DNA of 64,000 bases from an uncultured Methanoregulaceae archaeon (GTDB lineage Archaea; Halobacteriota; Methanomicrobia; Methanomicrobiales; Methanospirillaceae), in assembly GCA_963717525.1 (NCBI GenBank), contig OY970343.1, positions 1,984,001 through 2,048,000 on the forward strand. The letters run 5' to 3'. Shown here piece by piece: positions 20,016 to 30,932 of the stretch. Below the pieces are notes generated by a model. That model was given only the letters and a program-made list of their open reading frames with translations, was not told where the DNA came from and ran no database searches. Both the position numbers and the translations under genes were made by a program. Positions within the stretch are counted from its first letter, which is position 1, and each line of letters starts with the position of its first letter.

Positions 20016-20720
20016 TTATGCTGGTAATGCTCTCTCTTCAAAGAGGTTTTTCCAGACCATTGCCGCAATGAGCGCCCCGATGATCGGTGCAAGGATGAAC
20101 ACCCAGAGCTGGGCAAGAGCGGTTCCTCCAACCACCAGGGCAGGGCCCAGGCTCCGTGCGGGGTTTACGGATGTCCCGGTGATCGGGATACCGACCATGT
20201 GGATCATGGCCAGTGACAGCCCGATGGCAATCCCGGCAAAGCCTGCAGGAGCTTTCTTGCTGGTTGCACCAAAGACCACCATCAGGAAGATAAAGGTCAG
20301 GACAACTTCCGCGATAAAGCCCGATGCGAGGGGGAATCCCCCGGGGGAGGCGACCCCGTACCCGTTCTGGCCAAGGCCGTTCGTGGCAAGATTATAGCCC
20401 GGCAGGCCGGTCATGATGGAAAGCAGGACAAGTGACGCGATGATGGCGCCGATACACTGTGCAACGATATACATCACAGCGTCCTTTGACCCGATCTTCC
20501 CGTTCGCGAGCATCCCTATGGTGATTGCCGGGTTAATATGACAGCCGGAGATCTGCCCAATCGCGTAGACCATGACGAGGACCGAGATGCCAAAGGCGAG
20601 AGCAATCCCGAGAAACCCGATCTCTTTTCCTGCAACAACAGCACTTCCGGTACCGATAAAAACAAGGACAAATGTTCCGATGAGTTCGGCAAGATATTTT
20701 TTATATTCAGACACGCACAT
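20016..20720 (-). CDS. aqpZ: aquaporin (MIP family, AqpZ-like)
   Basis: SGCHINPAIT and TSVNPARS (two NPA motifs), six TM helices. Confidence 0.9.
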   Translation of the reverse strand: MCVSEYKKYLAELIGTFVLVFIGTGSAVVAGKEIGFLGIALAFGISVLVMVYAIGQISGCHINPAITIGMLANGKIGSKDAVMYIVAQCIGAIIASLVLLSIMTGLPGYNLATNGLGQNGYGVASPGGFPLASGFIAEVVLTFIFLMVVFGATSKKAPAGFAGIAIGLSLAMIHMVGIPITGTSVNPARSLGPALVVGGTALAQLWVFILAPIIGALIAAMVWKNLFEERALPA

Positions 20721-20880
20721 ACCACCCACTTCCGGTTTTTCCTCCGGTGGAAGGGTTTTCAACGGCAGGATTTATACGCATATCGGCACGGGTAACCATG
20801 GCACAAAAGAGAGATGGATAACTGCGAAACGATCCGCAGTCAACGCCAGATTTAACATAAACGCCCACCCAGATTCAGCC

Positions 20881-22221
20881 ATGAAATCCTGTACCGGGAA
20901 AGTACTGGCTGTTGCATCCCTCCTCATTCTTCTTCTGGTGATGATGGCAGGTTGCACCAGTGCGCCTGCCACCGGCACGTGCACTGGTTGTAATGGCACT
21001 AACCTGGGACTGCTGACACCGCCAGCGATCCAGGCCGGCCCCGGACAACCGGGGACCCTGAACATGAGTGTTACCGATGCAAACAACCGGTTTGCCGCAG
21101 ATCTGTACCGCGAGATCGTACAGAGGAGTGCATCCGGCGATGGCAATATCTTCTTCTCGCCATTCTCCATATCCTCTGCCCTCGCTCTCACCTACGAAGG
21201 GGCCCGGGGGAAAACCGCCGACGAGATCCAATCGGTCTTTTACTTCCCTGCAAATGACACCAGTCGCAGGGAAGAGTTTGCCGACATAAATGCCGATATC
21301 AACCAGGGGAATACCGGCTATACCCTAAGCACAGCAAATGCCCTCTGGGCGGAGAAGACGTCTGCCTTCCTTCCCGGGTACACCAGTATCGCGCAACAGT
21401 ACTACAGCGCCACCACGACCAACCTCGATTTTGTTGGCGAGCCCGATACTTCACGCCAGACCATCAACGACTGGGTGGCAGCAAAGACCAACAACAAGAT
21501 CCTGGATCTCCTGCCTGCCGGCAGTATCAGTTCCATGACCCGGCTCGTGATCACCAACGCGGTCTATTTCAAGGGCACCTGGGAAAAACAGTTCGATGCT
21601 AACCAGACAAGCGATGCCCCGTTCACCCGGCCTGACGGCACAACCGTCACCGCAAACATGATGCAGATGACCGGTGAGGATGCCGTCTATCCCTACGCAG
21701 AAACTCCTGATCTCCAGATGCTCTCCCTGCCCTATACAGTCACCAGTGGTCAGGGGCTCTCCATGATTGTCCTTCTCCCCAAAGGAAACAATCTCTCCGC
21801 AGCAGCGCCGTATCTCGACCCGGCCAACCTCTCGACACTGGAACAGTCCGCTTCATCCCGGCGGGTCATGGTGTATCTCCCGAAATTCAAACTGGAAAGC
21901 CAGTATTCCCTGAAAGATGTGCTCAGCTCTATGGGGATGCCGACAGCATTCTCCAGCGCGGCAGATTTCTCCGGCATGGACGGTGCACAGGACCTGTATA
22001 TCAGTGACGTGTACCACAAGGCCTATATCGAGGTCAACGAGGAAGGGACCGAGGCGGCAGCGGCTACCGGTGTCGTAATGAACATGATGGCCGCGGCACC
22101 CGGTTCCGAACAACCGGTACCGGTCTTCCGGGCCGATCACCCGTTCCTCTTCCTGATACAGGACAATAATACCGGCGTAATCCTCTTTGCAGGACAGGTT
22201 ACGGATCCCACGGGGTCCTGA
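20881..22221 (+). CDS. serpin family protein, predicted lipoprotein
   Basis: Signal peptide ending MMAGC; NIFFSPFSI, NAVYFKGTW, hinge EEGTEAAAATG, FRADHPFLFLI. Confidence 0.95.
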   Translation: MKSCTGKVLAVASLLILLLVMMAGCTSAPATGTCTGCNGTNLGLLTPPAIQAGPGQPGTLNMSVTDANNRFAADLYREIVQRSASGDGNIFFSPFSISSALALTYEGARGKTADEIQSVFYFPANDTSRREEFADINADINQGNTGYTLSTANALWAEKTSAFLPGYTSIAQQYYSATTTNLDFVGEPDTSRQTINDWVAAKTNNKILDLLPAGSISSMTRLVITNAVYFKGTWEKQFDANQTSDAPFTRPDGTTVTANMMQMTGEDAVYPYAETPDLQMLSLPYTVTSGQGLSMIVLLPKGNNLSAAAPYLDPANLSTLEQSASSRRVMVYLPKFKLESQYSLKDVLSSMGMPTAFSSAADFSGMDGAQDLYISDVYHKAYIEVNEEGTEAAAATGVVMNMMAAAPGSEQPVPVFRADHPFLFLIQDNNTGVILFAGQVTDPTGS

Positions 22222-22230
22222 ATAACCCCT

Positions 22231-22368
22231 CTATTTTTCCCGGCAGGTTGAAACGGCTCCTCTTTTGAAGGTCAGGATCCGTGCCTCTTCGTCTTCGTAC
22301 AGCACCCCCACCAGTTCTTTCTGCAGTAATACCGGAATTGTGGTGCGGGGATGGCCTCTTTTTGCCAT
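22231..22368 (-). CDS. small hypothetical protein (45 aa, MAKRGHPRTTIPVLLQKELVGVLYEDEEARILTFK...)
   Basis: Open frame below the ORF-track threshold, GAGGT upstream, codirectional with the preceding operon. Confidence 0.35.
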   Translation of the reverse strand: MAKRGHPRTTIPVLLQKELVGVLYEDEEARILTFKRGAVSTCREK

Positions 22369-22418
22369 ACACGAACATACCTCACTCAGGTCGATAAGGA
22401 TAGTTCCTCAAAAAAGGT

Positions 22419-23104
22419 CTACAACGGGCAGACCCGGAGGCACATGCCGCACCGGAGGCCGCCGAGCGTCAAGAACATGTAGTCCCGGCAGGCTTGGGGC
22501 CGGAAGGCCCCATCGGGAGAGATCGCACTGACCGGGCAGGCCTTCACGCACCGCTGGCACCCGCGCACTCAGGCCGGAGGAGGGTCGCCTCTGCCGGGTG
22601 ATCCGCGGAGAGCTGGGCATCGGTCAGGATCGCTGTCATCCGGATCCGGGGACCGGTCTCACGGGTGATGAGCAGCTGGTTGAGGCCGTATGAGCCAAGG
22701 CCGGCAAGCCATGCGGCATACTTCAGGGAAATATCCGCCCTGAGGGTTTCCCGGTCAGCGTACCACATCCCGAATTCGGATCCCTCTGTTGGGACAAGGG
22801 CAGCAAGATACCCCTGCTTTTCGAGGTCCCGGGCGAGTCGGAATGCGATCACCCGCAGGGTCGCCGTTCCTGCCATCAGGGTGTTGGTGTACTCCGGTCT
22901 CCCTTTGGGAAGAGGCTGGACGCATCCCTTCGGGATCACGACACCGATGACGATTACGGATCGAATCCTGGGCATGAAGTCCTGCGGTTTGTTCCCGGTA
23001 TAGTCCGGGCTCAAAAACCCCGCAGCATCGGCAATACCGACAAAATCCGCCCCAAGCCGGCGCACCTGATCTTTGAGGTCTGTGGTATCCTGCGTCATGG
23101 TCAT
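22419..23104 (-). CDS. epoxyqueuosine-reductase (QueG)-like Fe-S protein; frameshifted near 22560
   Basis: LGADFVGIA, SLKYAAWLAGLG, GPRIRMTAILT; adding one G restores CAGCQRCVKACP...C...CGMCLRVCP. Confidence 0.8.
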
Positions 23105-23111
23105 AAGGTGG

Positions 23112-23702
23112 TCAGATCCCCAGGTCCTGTAAAAACACTTCGTGGAGCCGGAGATCCCCGCCGAGTTCGGGATGGAAGGCCAAGGCCATGTACCTGCCCT
23201 TCCGGGCCGCAACGATGCCCTTGTCCAGTGTCGCAAGCACATGCACCCCGGATCCGGCAGAGGTAACAACCGGTGCCCGGATAAAGATCGCATGAAAGGG
23301 GCCGTCACCAAGCCCGACAACCGGGATATCGGCCTCGAACGACTCCTTCTGCCGGCCAAACGCGTTCCGGTCCACAGTCATATCCATGAGCCCAAGGGTA
23401 TGCACTCTTGTGTCAGCAACATGCGTTGCCATCAGTACCATACCGGCGCAGGTTGCAAAGATCCCACCGGGGAAGGTCCGGATCGGTTCGTAGAGGCCGT
23501 TCTTGTCAATCAGCCGGGATATGGTCGTGGACTCCCCCCCCGGGATCGCAAGCGCCGTACAGCCGCTGAGATCCGCAGGATGCCTCACTTCAATAACAGA
23601 GGATTCCGCCCCGGTGCCACGAAGGCGAAGCGCCGCGGCAAAGGCGTCGATATGTTCACTCACGTCGCCCTGCAACGCAAGCACGCCAATCTTAACGGCC
23701 AC
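23112..23702 (-). CDS. pdxT: PLP synthase glutaminase subunit
   Basis: GVLALQG, PGGESTT, TCAG, RNAFGRQ, FIRAP, FHPE. Confidence 0.95.
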   Translation of the reverse strand: MAVKIGVLALQGDVSEHIDAFAAALRLRGTGAESSVIEVRHPADLSGCTALAIPGGESTTISRLIDKNGLYEPIRTFPGGIFATCAGMVLMATHVADTRVHTLGLMDMTVDRNAFGRQKESFEADIPVVGLGDGPFHAIFIRAPVVTSAGSGVHVLATLDKGIVAARKGRYMALAFHPELGGDLRLHEVFLQDLGI

Positions 23703-24588
23703 GGGTCTGCAGCACCTCATCGGGCCTGAGGGTGTGAACATCAAGACCCGGCATCGCGTCCCCAAGACCCCTGCTGACCCGTGCGATCACCGCGGCGTCT
23801 TTATAATGGTTAACTGCTTCCACGATCGCCTTTGCCATCATCTCGGGATTCGTAGACTTGAAGATCCCTGACCCGACAAAGACGCCGTCAGCCCCAAGCT
23901 GCATCATCAGGGCAGCATCTGAAGGGGTTGCAATACCTCCGGCCGAGAAGTTCACGACCGGAAGGCGGCCGCGCTGTGCGCACTCGATGACCAGTTCGGC
24001 CGGTGCCTCGATGGACCGGGCATAGCTGATCCGCTCCTGGTCGTCCATCCCCTGCACCTTGCGAATGTCTCCCATGATCGCCCGCATGTGGCGGACTGCC
24101 TCGACCACGTTTCCCGTCCCTGCTTCGCCCTTGGTCCGGATCATCGCCGCACCTTCGTTCACCCGGCGCAGCGCCTCGCCAAGGTTTCGCGCCCCGCAGA
24201 CAAACGGGACCTTGAACTGCTTCTTGTCGATATGGTATTCCTCGTCGGCAGGGGTCAGCACCTCGCTCTCGTCGATCATATCCACGCCGAGTACTTCAAG
24301 CACCTGCGCCTCGACAAAATGGCCGATCCTGACCTTGCCCATGACCGGGATCGAGACCGATTCAATGATCTCTGTGACTTTCTCGGGATCTGCCATCCGG
24401 GCGACACCGCCCTGTTTCCGGATATCGGACGGCACCCGTTCCAGCGACATGACTGCGACGGCCCCGGCTGCCTCGGCAATTTTTGCCTGCTCGGCATTGA
24501 CGACATCCATGATCACGCCCCCCTTCTGCATGGATGCAAAGCCGCGCTTGAGAAGCTCAGTGCCAAATCTCAGTTCTTCGAGTTTCAT
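23692..24588 (-). CDS. pdxS: PLP synthase lyase subunit
   Basis: [38 protein letters not shown]. Confidence 0.97.
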   Translation of the reverse strand: MKLEELRFGTELLKRGFASMQKGGVIMDVVNAEQAKIAEAAGAVAVMSLERVPSDIRKQGGVARMADPEKVTEIIESVSIPVMGKVRIGHFVEAQVLEVLGVDMIDESEVLTPADEEYHIDKKQFKVPFVCGARNLGEALRRVNEGAAMIRTKGEAGTGNVVEAVRHMRAIMGDIRKVQGMDDQERISYARSIEAPAELVIECAQRGRLPVVNFSAGGIATPSDAALMMQLGADGVFVGSGIFKSTNPEMMAKAIVEAVNHYKDAAVIARVSRGLGDAMPGLDVHTLRPDEVLQTRGR

Positions 24589-25541
24589 ATACCAGTACTA
24601 TGGATCAGCCATGCCAATAAAATAAGTATGCTGGCAGCAGTTGCCGCAAAGGCAATGGTCACCGCCCTCACTGCACGAATGATCGCCGGTCCACCAACCT
24701 CAAGCGATTGTCCACCATTCCCTATCGAATAAACCCCCGGCTTCTCAAAACGGATGCCACACCCCCCGGCCATCGCTGCCATGACGATCCCCCCGTTAAA
24801 GCCTGGGCGGTTCTTCCCGTCCCTGCGCATCACCCGCCATGCACGGAAGCCGTTGCCTTTCGTGAAGAAATAAGCAAGAAGGAAAAAGGCGGTAATCCGG
24901 GCCGGAATGTAGTTGAGGATATCATCCATTCGTGCAGAGCACCAGCCGAGCCGAGCCCGTTCGTCCCGGTACCCGAGCATCGCATCCATCGTATTCGCCG
25001 CACGGAATGTCGCAGCGGCTGCAAGCCCGAGGCCAAACACTGAGAACAGAGTGAAATAAAAGAGAGGCGAAACGATGCTGTCGGTGAGGTTCTCGGTCAC
25101 GGACTCGTACGCGGCCGACCGGATATGCTCGGGATCGAGACGTGCGGTTTCCCGGGAGACCATCAGCCTGACCTGATCCCGGCCCGCGTCCACGCCACTC
25201 TTTAAAGCTGCCACGACACCCATTGCATGCTCCTCGAGCGAGCGCCACGCAAAACAGCATTTGAGGAGGACAGGTGCGCCGATGAGGTAGATGAGCCAGG
25301 GGGCAAAGTGGCCGAACAGGAAGAACGGGAGGGAAAAAAGAATGACCGTCACAAGCCAGAAAAGAGTGCCGGCCGCACGCTGGAGTGATGGGGGGTATTG
25401 TGCCGGCCGGCCCCACCAGCCTATGAACCGGCCCATGAGGGCAACCGGATGGTACGGGGAATGAGGATCACCGATCAACCGGTCGACTGCGAGCGCGAGA
25501 ACGATGACGGCGCTCGCAAGGATTAGGTCTGTCGGTACCAT
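24585..25541 (-). CDS. cbiB: adenosylcobinamide-phosphate synthase (CbiB/CobD family)
   Basis: IGDP...[32 protein letters not shown]. Confidence 0.92.
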   Translation of the reverse strand: MVPTDLILASAVIVLALAVDRLIGDPHSPYHPVALMGRFIGWWGRPAQYPPSLQRAAGTLFWLVTVILFSLPFFLFGHFAPWLIYLIGAPVLLKCCFAWRSLEEHAMGVVAALKSGVDAGRDQVRLMVSRETARLDPEHIRSAAYESVTENLTDSIVSPLFYFTLFSVFGLGLAAAATFRAANTMDAMLGYRDERARLGWCSARMDDILNYIPARITAFFLLAYFFTKGNGFRAWRVMRRDGKNRPGFNGGIVMAAMAGGCGIRFEKPGVYSIGNGGQSLEVGGPAIIRAVRAVTIAFAATAASILILLAWLIHSTGI

Positions 25542-26038
25542 ATGAAGAGTGCACCGGCAATCAGTGCGATAAACGCCGCGAGGTTAAAGATCTCGATCCG
25601 GGTATAATACCAGGTGCAGTAGAGGACAAGGCCAAGAGCCATCGCCACCATCAGGAGGTGTGGCCGGCCATGGGCTTCAGGCTGGATGGGGAGCTCTTTT
25701 GCCAGCACCTGTTCTTCCCGGGAGGGTTTTACGATGACCTCGACCCGCAGGGTAGCCTTCATCGCGCCGTACCCGGCGATAATGTCAACATCGAAGAACC
25801 CCGGTGAGCATTCCTTCCTGAGCGGAATACCGAACATGATCTCGTCGATCACGTACATGTTCTCGTGGAAAAAATCGGTGAACATGCCGGCGTTGGATGT
25901 CGTGGCTGTGATATGGATGGGCGCGCCCCGGTTTTTGAACCGGATCTTCAGGGTGCTGCCGCATTCGACCTGCGCATTTTCGCGGGGAAGATCGATAGTG
26001 TTGATGCCCGACCGGTTAAGATGGATCTCGGTCGTCAT
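25523..26038 (-). CDS. hypothetical protein, Ig-like domain with two C-terminal TM helices
   Basis: IHLNRSGINTI, NRGAPIH; operonic overlap with cbiB. Confidence 0.65.
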   Translation of the reverse strand: MTTEIHLNRSGINTIDLPRENAQVECGSTLKIRFKNRGAPIHITATTSNAGMFTDFFHENMYVIDEIMFGIPLRKECSPGFFDVDIIAGYGAMKATLRVEVIVKPSREEQVLAKELPIQPEAHGRPHLLMVAMALGLVLYCTWYYTRIEIFNLAAFIALIAGALFIWYRQT

Positions 26039-26109
26039 CAATTCTGCCGCAGGAGTATCCGAAATCGCGAGAATTCCGACTAGCAAAAGGGGAGGCATCG
26101 TCGTACCGG

Positions 26110-26289
26110 TTATCGTGTGGCCGGGGGAAGGAGGTTGGGGATCCCCTCGTTGATGGGATAGTCCACACCGCAGGCGGCACAGTGCAGGTTACCCTCAAGG
26201 ATCTCCTTTGCGTCCTCTGTATCGACACGGAGCACGAGATCTCCTTTACAGACCGGGCAGCAGAGAATGTCCATGAGCGAACGTTTCAT
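26110..26289 (-). CDS. trm112: methyltransferase activator Trm112
   Basis: 59 aa, missing from the ORF track: [18 protein letters not shown]...[22 protein letters not shown]; overlaps the purA stop. Confidence 0.9.
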   Translation of the reverse strand: MKRSLMDILCCPVCKGDLVLRVDTEDAKEILEGNLHCAACGVDYPINEGIPNLLPPATR

Positions 26290-27299
26290 GCGTATTCTTT
26301 CCTGATATCGATGATCTGGGTGAGCTCAGGGCCGGTGGAGATAAGGGTGACGGGGCAGCCGATGTCATCCTCGGCAGATTTTAAGAAGTCCCTTGCCTTC
26401 TTGGTGAGCTTGCTGTACTCGGTCAGCCCGAAACAGGCCTTGTCGACCCGGTCGATACCGGTGATCGCTGCCTGCGTGCAGCCGTTGATCATCGCCGAGT
26501 ACCGGGCCATATCGCCGTCCCAGCCTCCGACACGGCGCTTCCGGTGGGTGACGGTGCCGAACTCCTGGATTCCCATTGCATCCGATTTCTCTGATGCCAT
26601 CTCGGTGGAGAACGGGCCCTCGCCCACCCGGGTCGGGTAAGCCTTGAACACGACGATGACATCATCGATCTTTGTCGGCCCGACGCCGTTGTCCGCGGCG
26701 ATCTGGGAGGCGGAAGTGTCCTTACTCGTGACAAACGGGTACGTGCCGTAATAGAGGGAGATTCCGAACCCCTGCGTACCTTCCAGAAGAACGGTCCGGC
26801 CACCTTTCAGGGCATCGTTGATGGCGAGGGGAACATCCAGCAGGTACTCGGCAAGTTCCGGCACATCCTTTGCCTGTGGGGCGACTCGCATGACACGGTC
26901 GGCGTTGGCCGGCCCGCAGCCTGAGCCGGTGCTCCCGATCTTCTTTGAGAGGTGGGCACTTCCCTTGTCCCGGGCAATGTGGTCCTCGGTGATGATTCCG
27001 CAGCGCCTGTCCACAAAGACCCGGCCCCTGACACCCAGCGTCTCGACCTCGTGTTTGAGGACCCGCGGGTCAACGAGGACCCCGCTTCCAATACAGAGTT
27101 TGGCTTTTTTATAAACAAAACCGGACGGCACCATTCGGACACTGTATTCATGGTCGCCGACCTGCACCGTGTGCCCGGCATTGGGGCCGACACCGCCACG
27201 GGAGATGATTACTGGTTCATCCGCAAATGCGATATGGGCAACAATCTTGCCCTTCCCCTCATCCCCAAAAAAGCCACCTACGATAATTGTACAGCTCAT
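26286..27299 (-). CDS. purA: adenylosuccinate synthetase (short archaeal type)
   Basis: [34 protein letters not shown]. Confidence 0.96.
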   Translation of the reverse strand: MSCTIIVGGFFGDEGKGKIVAHIAFADEPVIISRGGVGPNAGHTVQVGDHEYSVRMVPSGFVYKKAKLCIGSGVLVDPRVLKHEVETLGVRGRVFVDRRCGIITEDHIARDKGSAHLSKKIGSTGSGCGPANADRVMRVAPQAKDVPELAEYLLDVPLAINDALKGGRTVLLEGTQGFGISLYYGTYPFVTSKDTSASQIAADNGVGPTKIDDVIVVFKAYPTRVGEGPFSTEMASEKSDAMGIQEFGTVTHRKRRVGGWDGDMARYSAMINGCTQAAITGIDRVDKACFGLTEYSKLTKKARDFLKSAEDDIGCPVTLISTGPELTQIIDIRKEYA

Positions 27300-27444
27300 T
27301 GAAATATCATGTAGTGTAGGCCGGGTTGGGCAATAAAGTCTGCCCTGAAGTATAAAAACAGCGGGGGCCGGGATTATGGCCGCCGGGCGAAGAGGTCGGG
27401 CCGGCGCCCAAGCGGGGAGAGCCGGGCATCCCGGCCCGGGCAGG

Positions 27445-28603
27445 TTACAAGCCGTTGATGAACGATTCCATCCTGCCCAGGGCCTCGGTGAGCTCCTTTC
27501 GGGAGACCGCATACGCGCAGCGGAGATGATACTCGCCGCCAGCGCCAAACACGCTACCCGGAACCACGGCGACCCGCTGCTCACGGAGCAGCCTTTCTGC
27601 GAATTCTGCATCGGAGAGCCCGGTTCCCTTTACCGAGGGGAATGCGTAAAATGCTCCCTCGGGCACATGGCAGGAGAGTCCGATCTGGTTAAGGCCGGCA
27701 ACAAACATGTTGCGCCTGAGCCGGTACTCATTCACCATGCTGGTCTTCTCGTCTTCTGCCGAACGGAGTGCCTCGAGCGCCCCGATCTGGCCCATCACCG
27801 GTGCACAGAGCATGACATACTGGTGGATCTTGAGCGCCGCCTCGCAGATCTCCTTTGGCGCACAGAGAAAGCCCACCCGCCAGCCGGTCATCGCATAGGC
27901 CTTGGAAAAACCGTTGAGCGTGATCGTCCGCTCCCAGAGATCCTTGACCGTCGCCGCAGCAACATGGGGAGATTCGTAGGTGAGCTCCGAATAGACCTCG
28001 TCACTCATGAGCATCAGGTCCCGGTCGGTCACGATATCGGCGACCGGTTCAAGGTCCTCCTTTTTCATCACGGCACCGGTCGGATTGTTGGGGAAGTTGA
28101 TGATGAGGGCCTTTGTCTTTGGCGTGATCTTTGCCTGGAGCGTGTCCGGGTTGAGCCTGAAATTATCCTGTTCGGTGCATTCGACCGGTACAGGTATTCC
28201 CCCGGCAAGGGCGACGCAGGGCGCATAGGAGACGTAGCTGGGCTCGGCGATCAGGTACTTCGTCACCGGGATTGACGATGGCGCGGATCGCGATGTCGAG
28301 CCCTTCCGACACCCCGGAGGTGATGATCATCTCATTGTCCGCAGAGTACTGGAGCTGGTAACGGTTCGCAAGGTGTATTGCAAGTGCGTCCCGGAGGGAC
28401 TGGAGCCCCCGGTTTGATGTGTACGAGGTCGCACCCTGCTCGACCGAATAGATGCCGGCCTCGCAGATGTTCCATGGGGTCCTGAAATCGGGTTCCCCCA
28501 CACCGAGGGAGATAACATCATGCATCGTGAGGGCAAGATCAAAAAATTTCCGGATCCCTGACGGTGGTATCTGCAGGGCACGTTCCGAGACAAAATTTCG
28601 CAT
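27445..28603 (-). CDS. class I/II PLP-dependent aminotransferase; frameshifted at about 28254
   Basis: SLGVGEPDF and NPGDEV join to [32 protein letters not shown]. Confidence 0.92.
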
Positions 28604-28611
28604 CGGCCACC

Positions 28612-29103
28612 TCAGAACGAATAGGGAAGGCGTTCGGTTTCCTGCTGCTCAAAGAGGGTGTTGCCATTCTCCTTGTAGGACTTCATGACGATGTGCGTCG
28701 CCGTCTCGCGGATACGGTCCATCGGGGCAACGTGCTCGGAGACAAACCGGGAAACCTCCTGCATGTTCTTTCCGGTCACCATCACCTGGAGATCATAGGT
28801 ACCGGTGATCAGGCGCAGGGTGCGCACCTGCCTGAAACGGGAGAGCCTTTCTGCGATCCGGTCGTACCCGAAATCCCGTTCGGGACTCACTTTGAGCTCG
28901 ATGATGGCTGAAACTTCGCCGTTTCCTGCTTTTTCCCAGTTGATGACCGTGGTGTACTTGCGGATGACCCGGCTCTCTTCAAGGGAGCGGATCCGTGCTT
29001 CCACCTCTGCCGGGATAAGGTTGATCATCGATCCGATTTCCTGTGCAGACAGCCGGCTGTTCTCCTCAAGAATCCGGAGGAGTTCGAGATCCTTGTCATC
29101 CAT
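28612..29103 (-). CDS. Lrp/AsnC family transcriptional regulator
   Basis: MDDKDLELLRILEENSRLS HTH; RAM domain ITGTYDL. Confidence 0.93.
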   Translation of the reverse strand: MDDKDLELLRILEENSRLSAQEIGSMINLIPAEVEARIRSLEESRVIRKYTTVINWEKAGNGEVSAIIELKVSPERDFGYDRIAERLSRFRQVRTLRLITGTYDLQVMVTGKNMQEVSRFVSEHVAPMDRIRETATHIVMKSYKENGNTLFEQQETERLPYSF

Positions 29104-29109
29104 CACACT

Positions 29110-30402
29110 TCACCTGAACCACGTTTTTAACCATTTGGCTTCCATCTGATTTATATCGAGATCTTTTATACCGTTCAACCGGGGGTCCTTGAGGACGACC
29201 TCGCGGATCTTGCCGGTATTTGCGTCAAACCACATCTCCTTCGTGCGCCCGTACCGGCCCCTGCTCACGACCCGGGTATTGATCACCCCCAGCATGTTGA
29301 GTTCCGATATAAGATCCGTTATCCGGCGATGGGTGAGTATGTCAAGCTGTATACTCGGTGCGATGTCCTGGTAGACGCGGGAGACATCGCCGCTGGAAAA
29401 GATATTCTGGCCCAGCTGTTCGAGCGTCAGCATGGAGAAGAGGATAAGCTTGCTCTGGGTGGGGAGGGTTGCGATACACTCGATCATGCTGTCGGTCTCA
29501 ATTTTTGCCTGCGCCTGTTTCACGTGGACCTCGGTTACCTGCTTAGACTCGTCCCGGTCGGCGAGCTCGCCGGAGATCCGGAGCAGGTCCAGGGCGCGTC
29601 GTGCATCGCCGTGCTCCTGCGCGGCAAGGGCAGAGCACAACGGGATAACCCCTTCTCCAATCGCCCCGTCCAGGAACGCCCCTGTGGCCCGCTGGGTAAG
29701 GATATCAACCAGCTGCGGTGCGTTGTAGGGAGGGAAGACAATCTCTTCTTCCGAGAGCGACGAGAGGACGCGGGGATCGAGGAAGTCTTTGAAACTGAGA
29801 TCGTTGGAGATCCCGATGATGCTGACCTTGGAGTTTTTGAGATCGGAGTTGATCCGGGTCAGGTTATAGAGTGTATCGTCACCGCTCTTTTTGACCAGCT
29901 TGTCGATCTCATCGAGCACAATCACGAGCACGCCCCCGCCGGCATCAAGCTGGTTCTTCAGCTCTGCATACACCTGGTCCGTCGGCCACCCGGTCATCGG
30001 TATGTGGATACGGGTCTTGTCGCTTGAGGTATCATCAGCCCCGTCAATGCACTTGGCAATCTGCGCAAGGACCCGGTACTGCGTGTCTATCACTTCGCAG
30101 TTGAGATGGACAATCCGGCAGGTGGTTCCCATGGTGCTGCTTGCCTTTTCCAGCTCCGAACCCACATACCGGACACTTGCAGTCTTGCCTGTTCCCGTTT
30201 TCCCGTAAATAAGAATGTTGGAGGGGGTTTCGTTCCTGAGGGAGGGGGCAAGGATGGATGCGATGGTATCGATCTGCGGCTGGCGGTGGGGAAGGATCTG
30301 CGGACGGTAGGAGTGCCGGAGCACTTCCCGGTCACGAAATATCCGGTTGTTGGAAAGGTATTTTATAAATAAACCGGTTGAGGGATCTACTGTTTCTGGC
30401 AT
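29110..30402 (-). CDS. cdc6: Orc1/Cdc6 replication initiator
   Basis: Walker A YGKTGTGKT, Walker B VLDEID, HGDARRALDLL, winged helix SRGRYGRT. Confidence 0.97.
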   Translation of the reverse strand: MPETVDPSTGLFIKYLSNNRIFRDREVLRHSYRPQILPHRQPQIDTIASILAPSLRNETPSNILIYGKTGTGKTASVRYVGSELEKASSTMGTTCRIVHLNCEVIDTQYRVLAQIAKCIDGADDTSSDKTRIHIPMTGWPTDQVYAELKNQLDAGGGVLVIVLDEIDKLVKKSGDDTLYNLTRINSDLKNSKVSIIGISNDLSFKDFLDPRVLSSLSEEEIVFPPYNAPQLVDILTQRATGAFLDGAIGEGVIPLCSALAAQEHGDARRALDLLRISGELADRDESKQVTEVHVKQAQAKIETDSMIECIATLPTQSKLILFSMLTLEQLGQNIFSSGDVSRVYQDIAPSIQLDILTHRRITDLISELNMLGVINTRVVSRGRYGRTKEMWFDANTGKIREVVLKDPRLNGIKDLDINQMEAKWLKTWFR

Positions 30403-30459
30403 GATGACTCGTGGAGTGAGTCTTAGCGGGGAGAGATTAAAAAAGTACGTGGTTTATTC

Positions 30460-30860
30460 CTCTTTATAAACCCCCTTGCTTCCTGTGGAAATTCTGTTTT
30501 AAATGGCAGAAAGGCAGATTAACGACATTTTTAAGGATTTCATGCTTTTTATTTTTCTTTTTTATTTGCCATGACCCAAGAGAGGTTTCAGAATGAAAAG
30601 CCATTTTTTCTCAGATGAACGGCCTCCGGGGGACCCCTTTGTTTCGTGTGGAAACCAAAAAGAACTACCTGTTGGTAATGAAAATATTCAAAAGAAAATA
30701 GTCAATCCTTGTATGTTTCTGGATCTATTTAAGGCATCCGAAATAAATCCGGATGGATGGTTAAGAAAGAAGGAGCCTCGGAGATTGTAGAGCCGCATCT
30801 TATCGGTATAAAACAGAAGATCTCCACTGGAAACAATGGGGTAGCCCCCTTTTATAAAAA
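30460..30860. other. replication origin (oriC) with three ORB elements and AT-rich unwinding regions
   Basis: ORB-like TTTCCACAGGAAGCAAGGGGG (minus, 30471-30491), TTTCCACACGAAACAAAGGGG (minus, 30634-30654), CTCCACTGGAAACAATGGGG (plus, 30822-30841) upstream of cdc6. Confidence 0.85.
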
Positions 30861-30932
30861 AGAAAGGAAAAAAGAGAGAAATTACCGGTCCCACACTCCA
30901 ATTAATGTGCAAAAAGCAGTATATTTATTATC

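Noticed and set aside
22544..22560. Selenocysteine UGA read-through in the QueG-like gene, given the SelB-like gene
   Set aside because: The Cys motifs continue in a different frame, so this is an indel and not an in-frame UGA
27360..27445. tRNA or other RNA gene in the GC-rich purA upstream region
   Set aside because: No cloverleaf or T-loop consensus; the GCCGGG/CCCGGC hairpin is more simply a terminator-like structure
30593..30912. Short ORFs upstream of cdc6
   Set aside because: They overlap the ORB elements and AT-rich origin sequence
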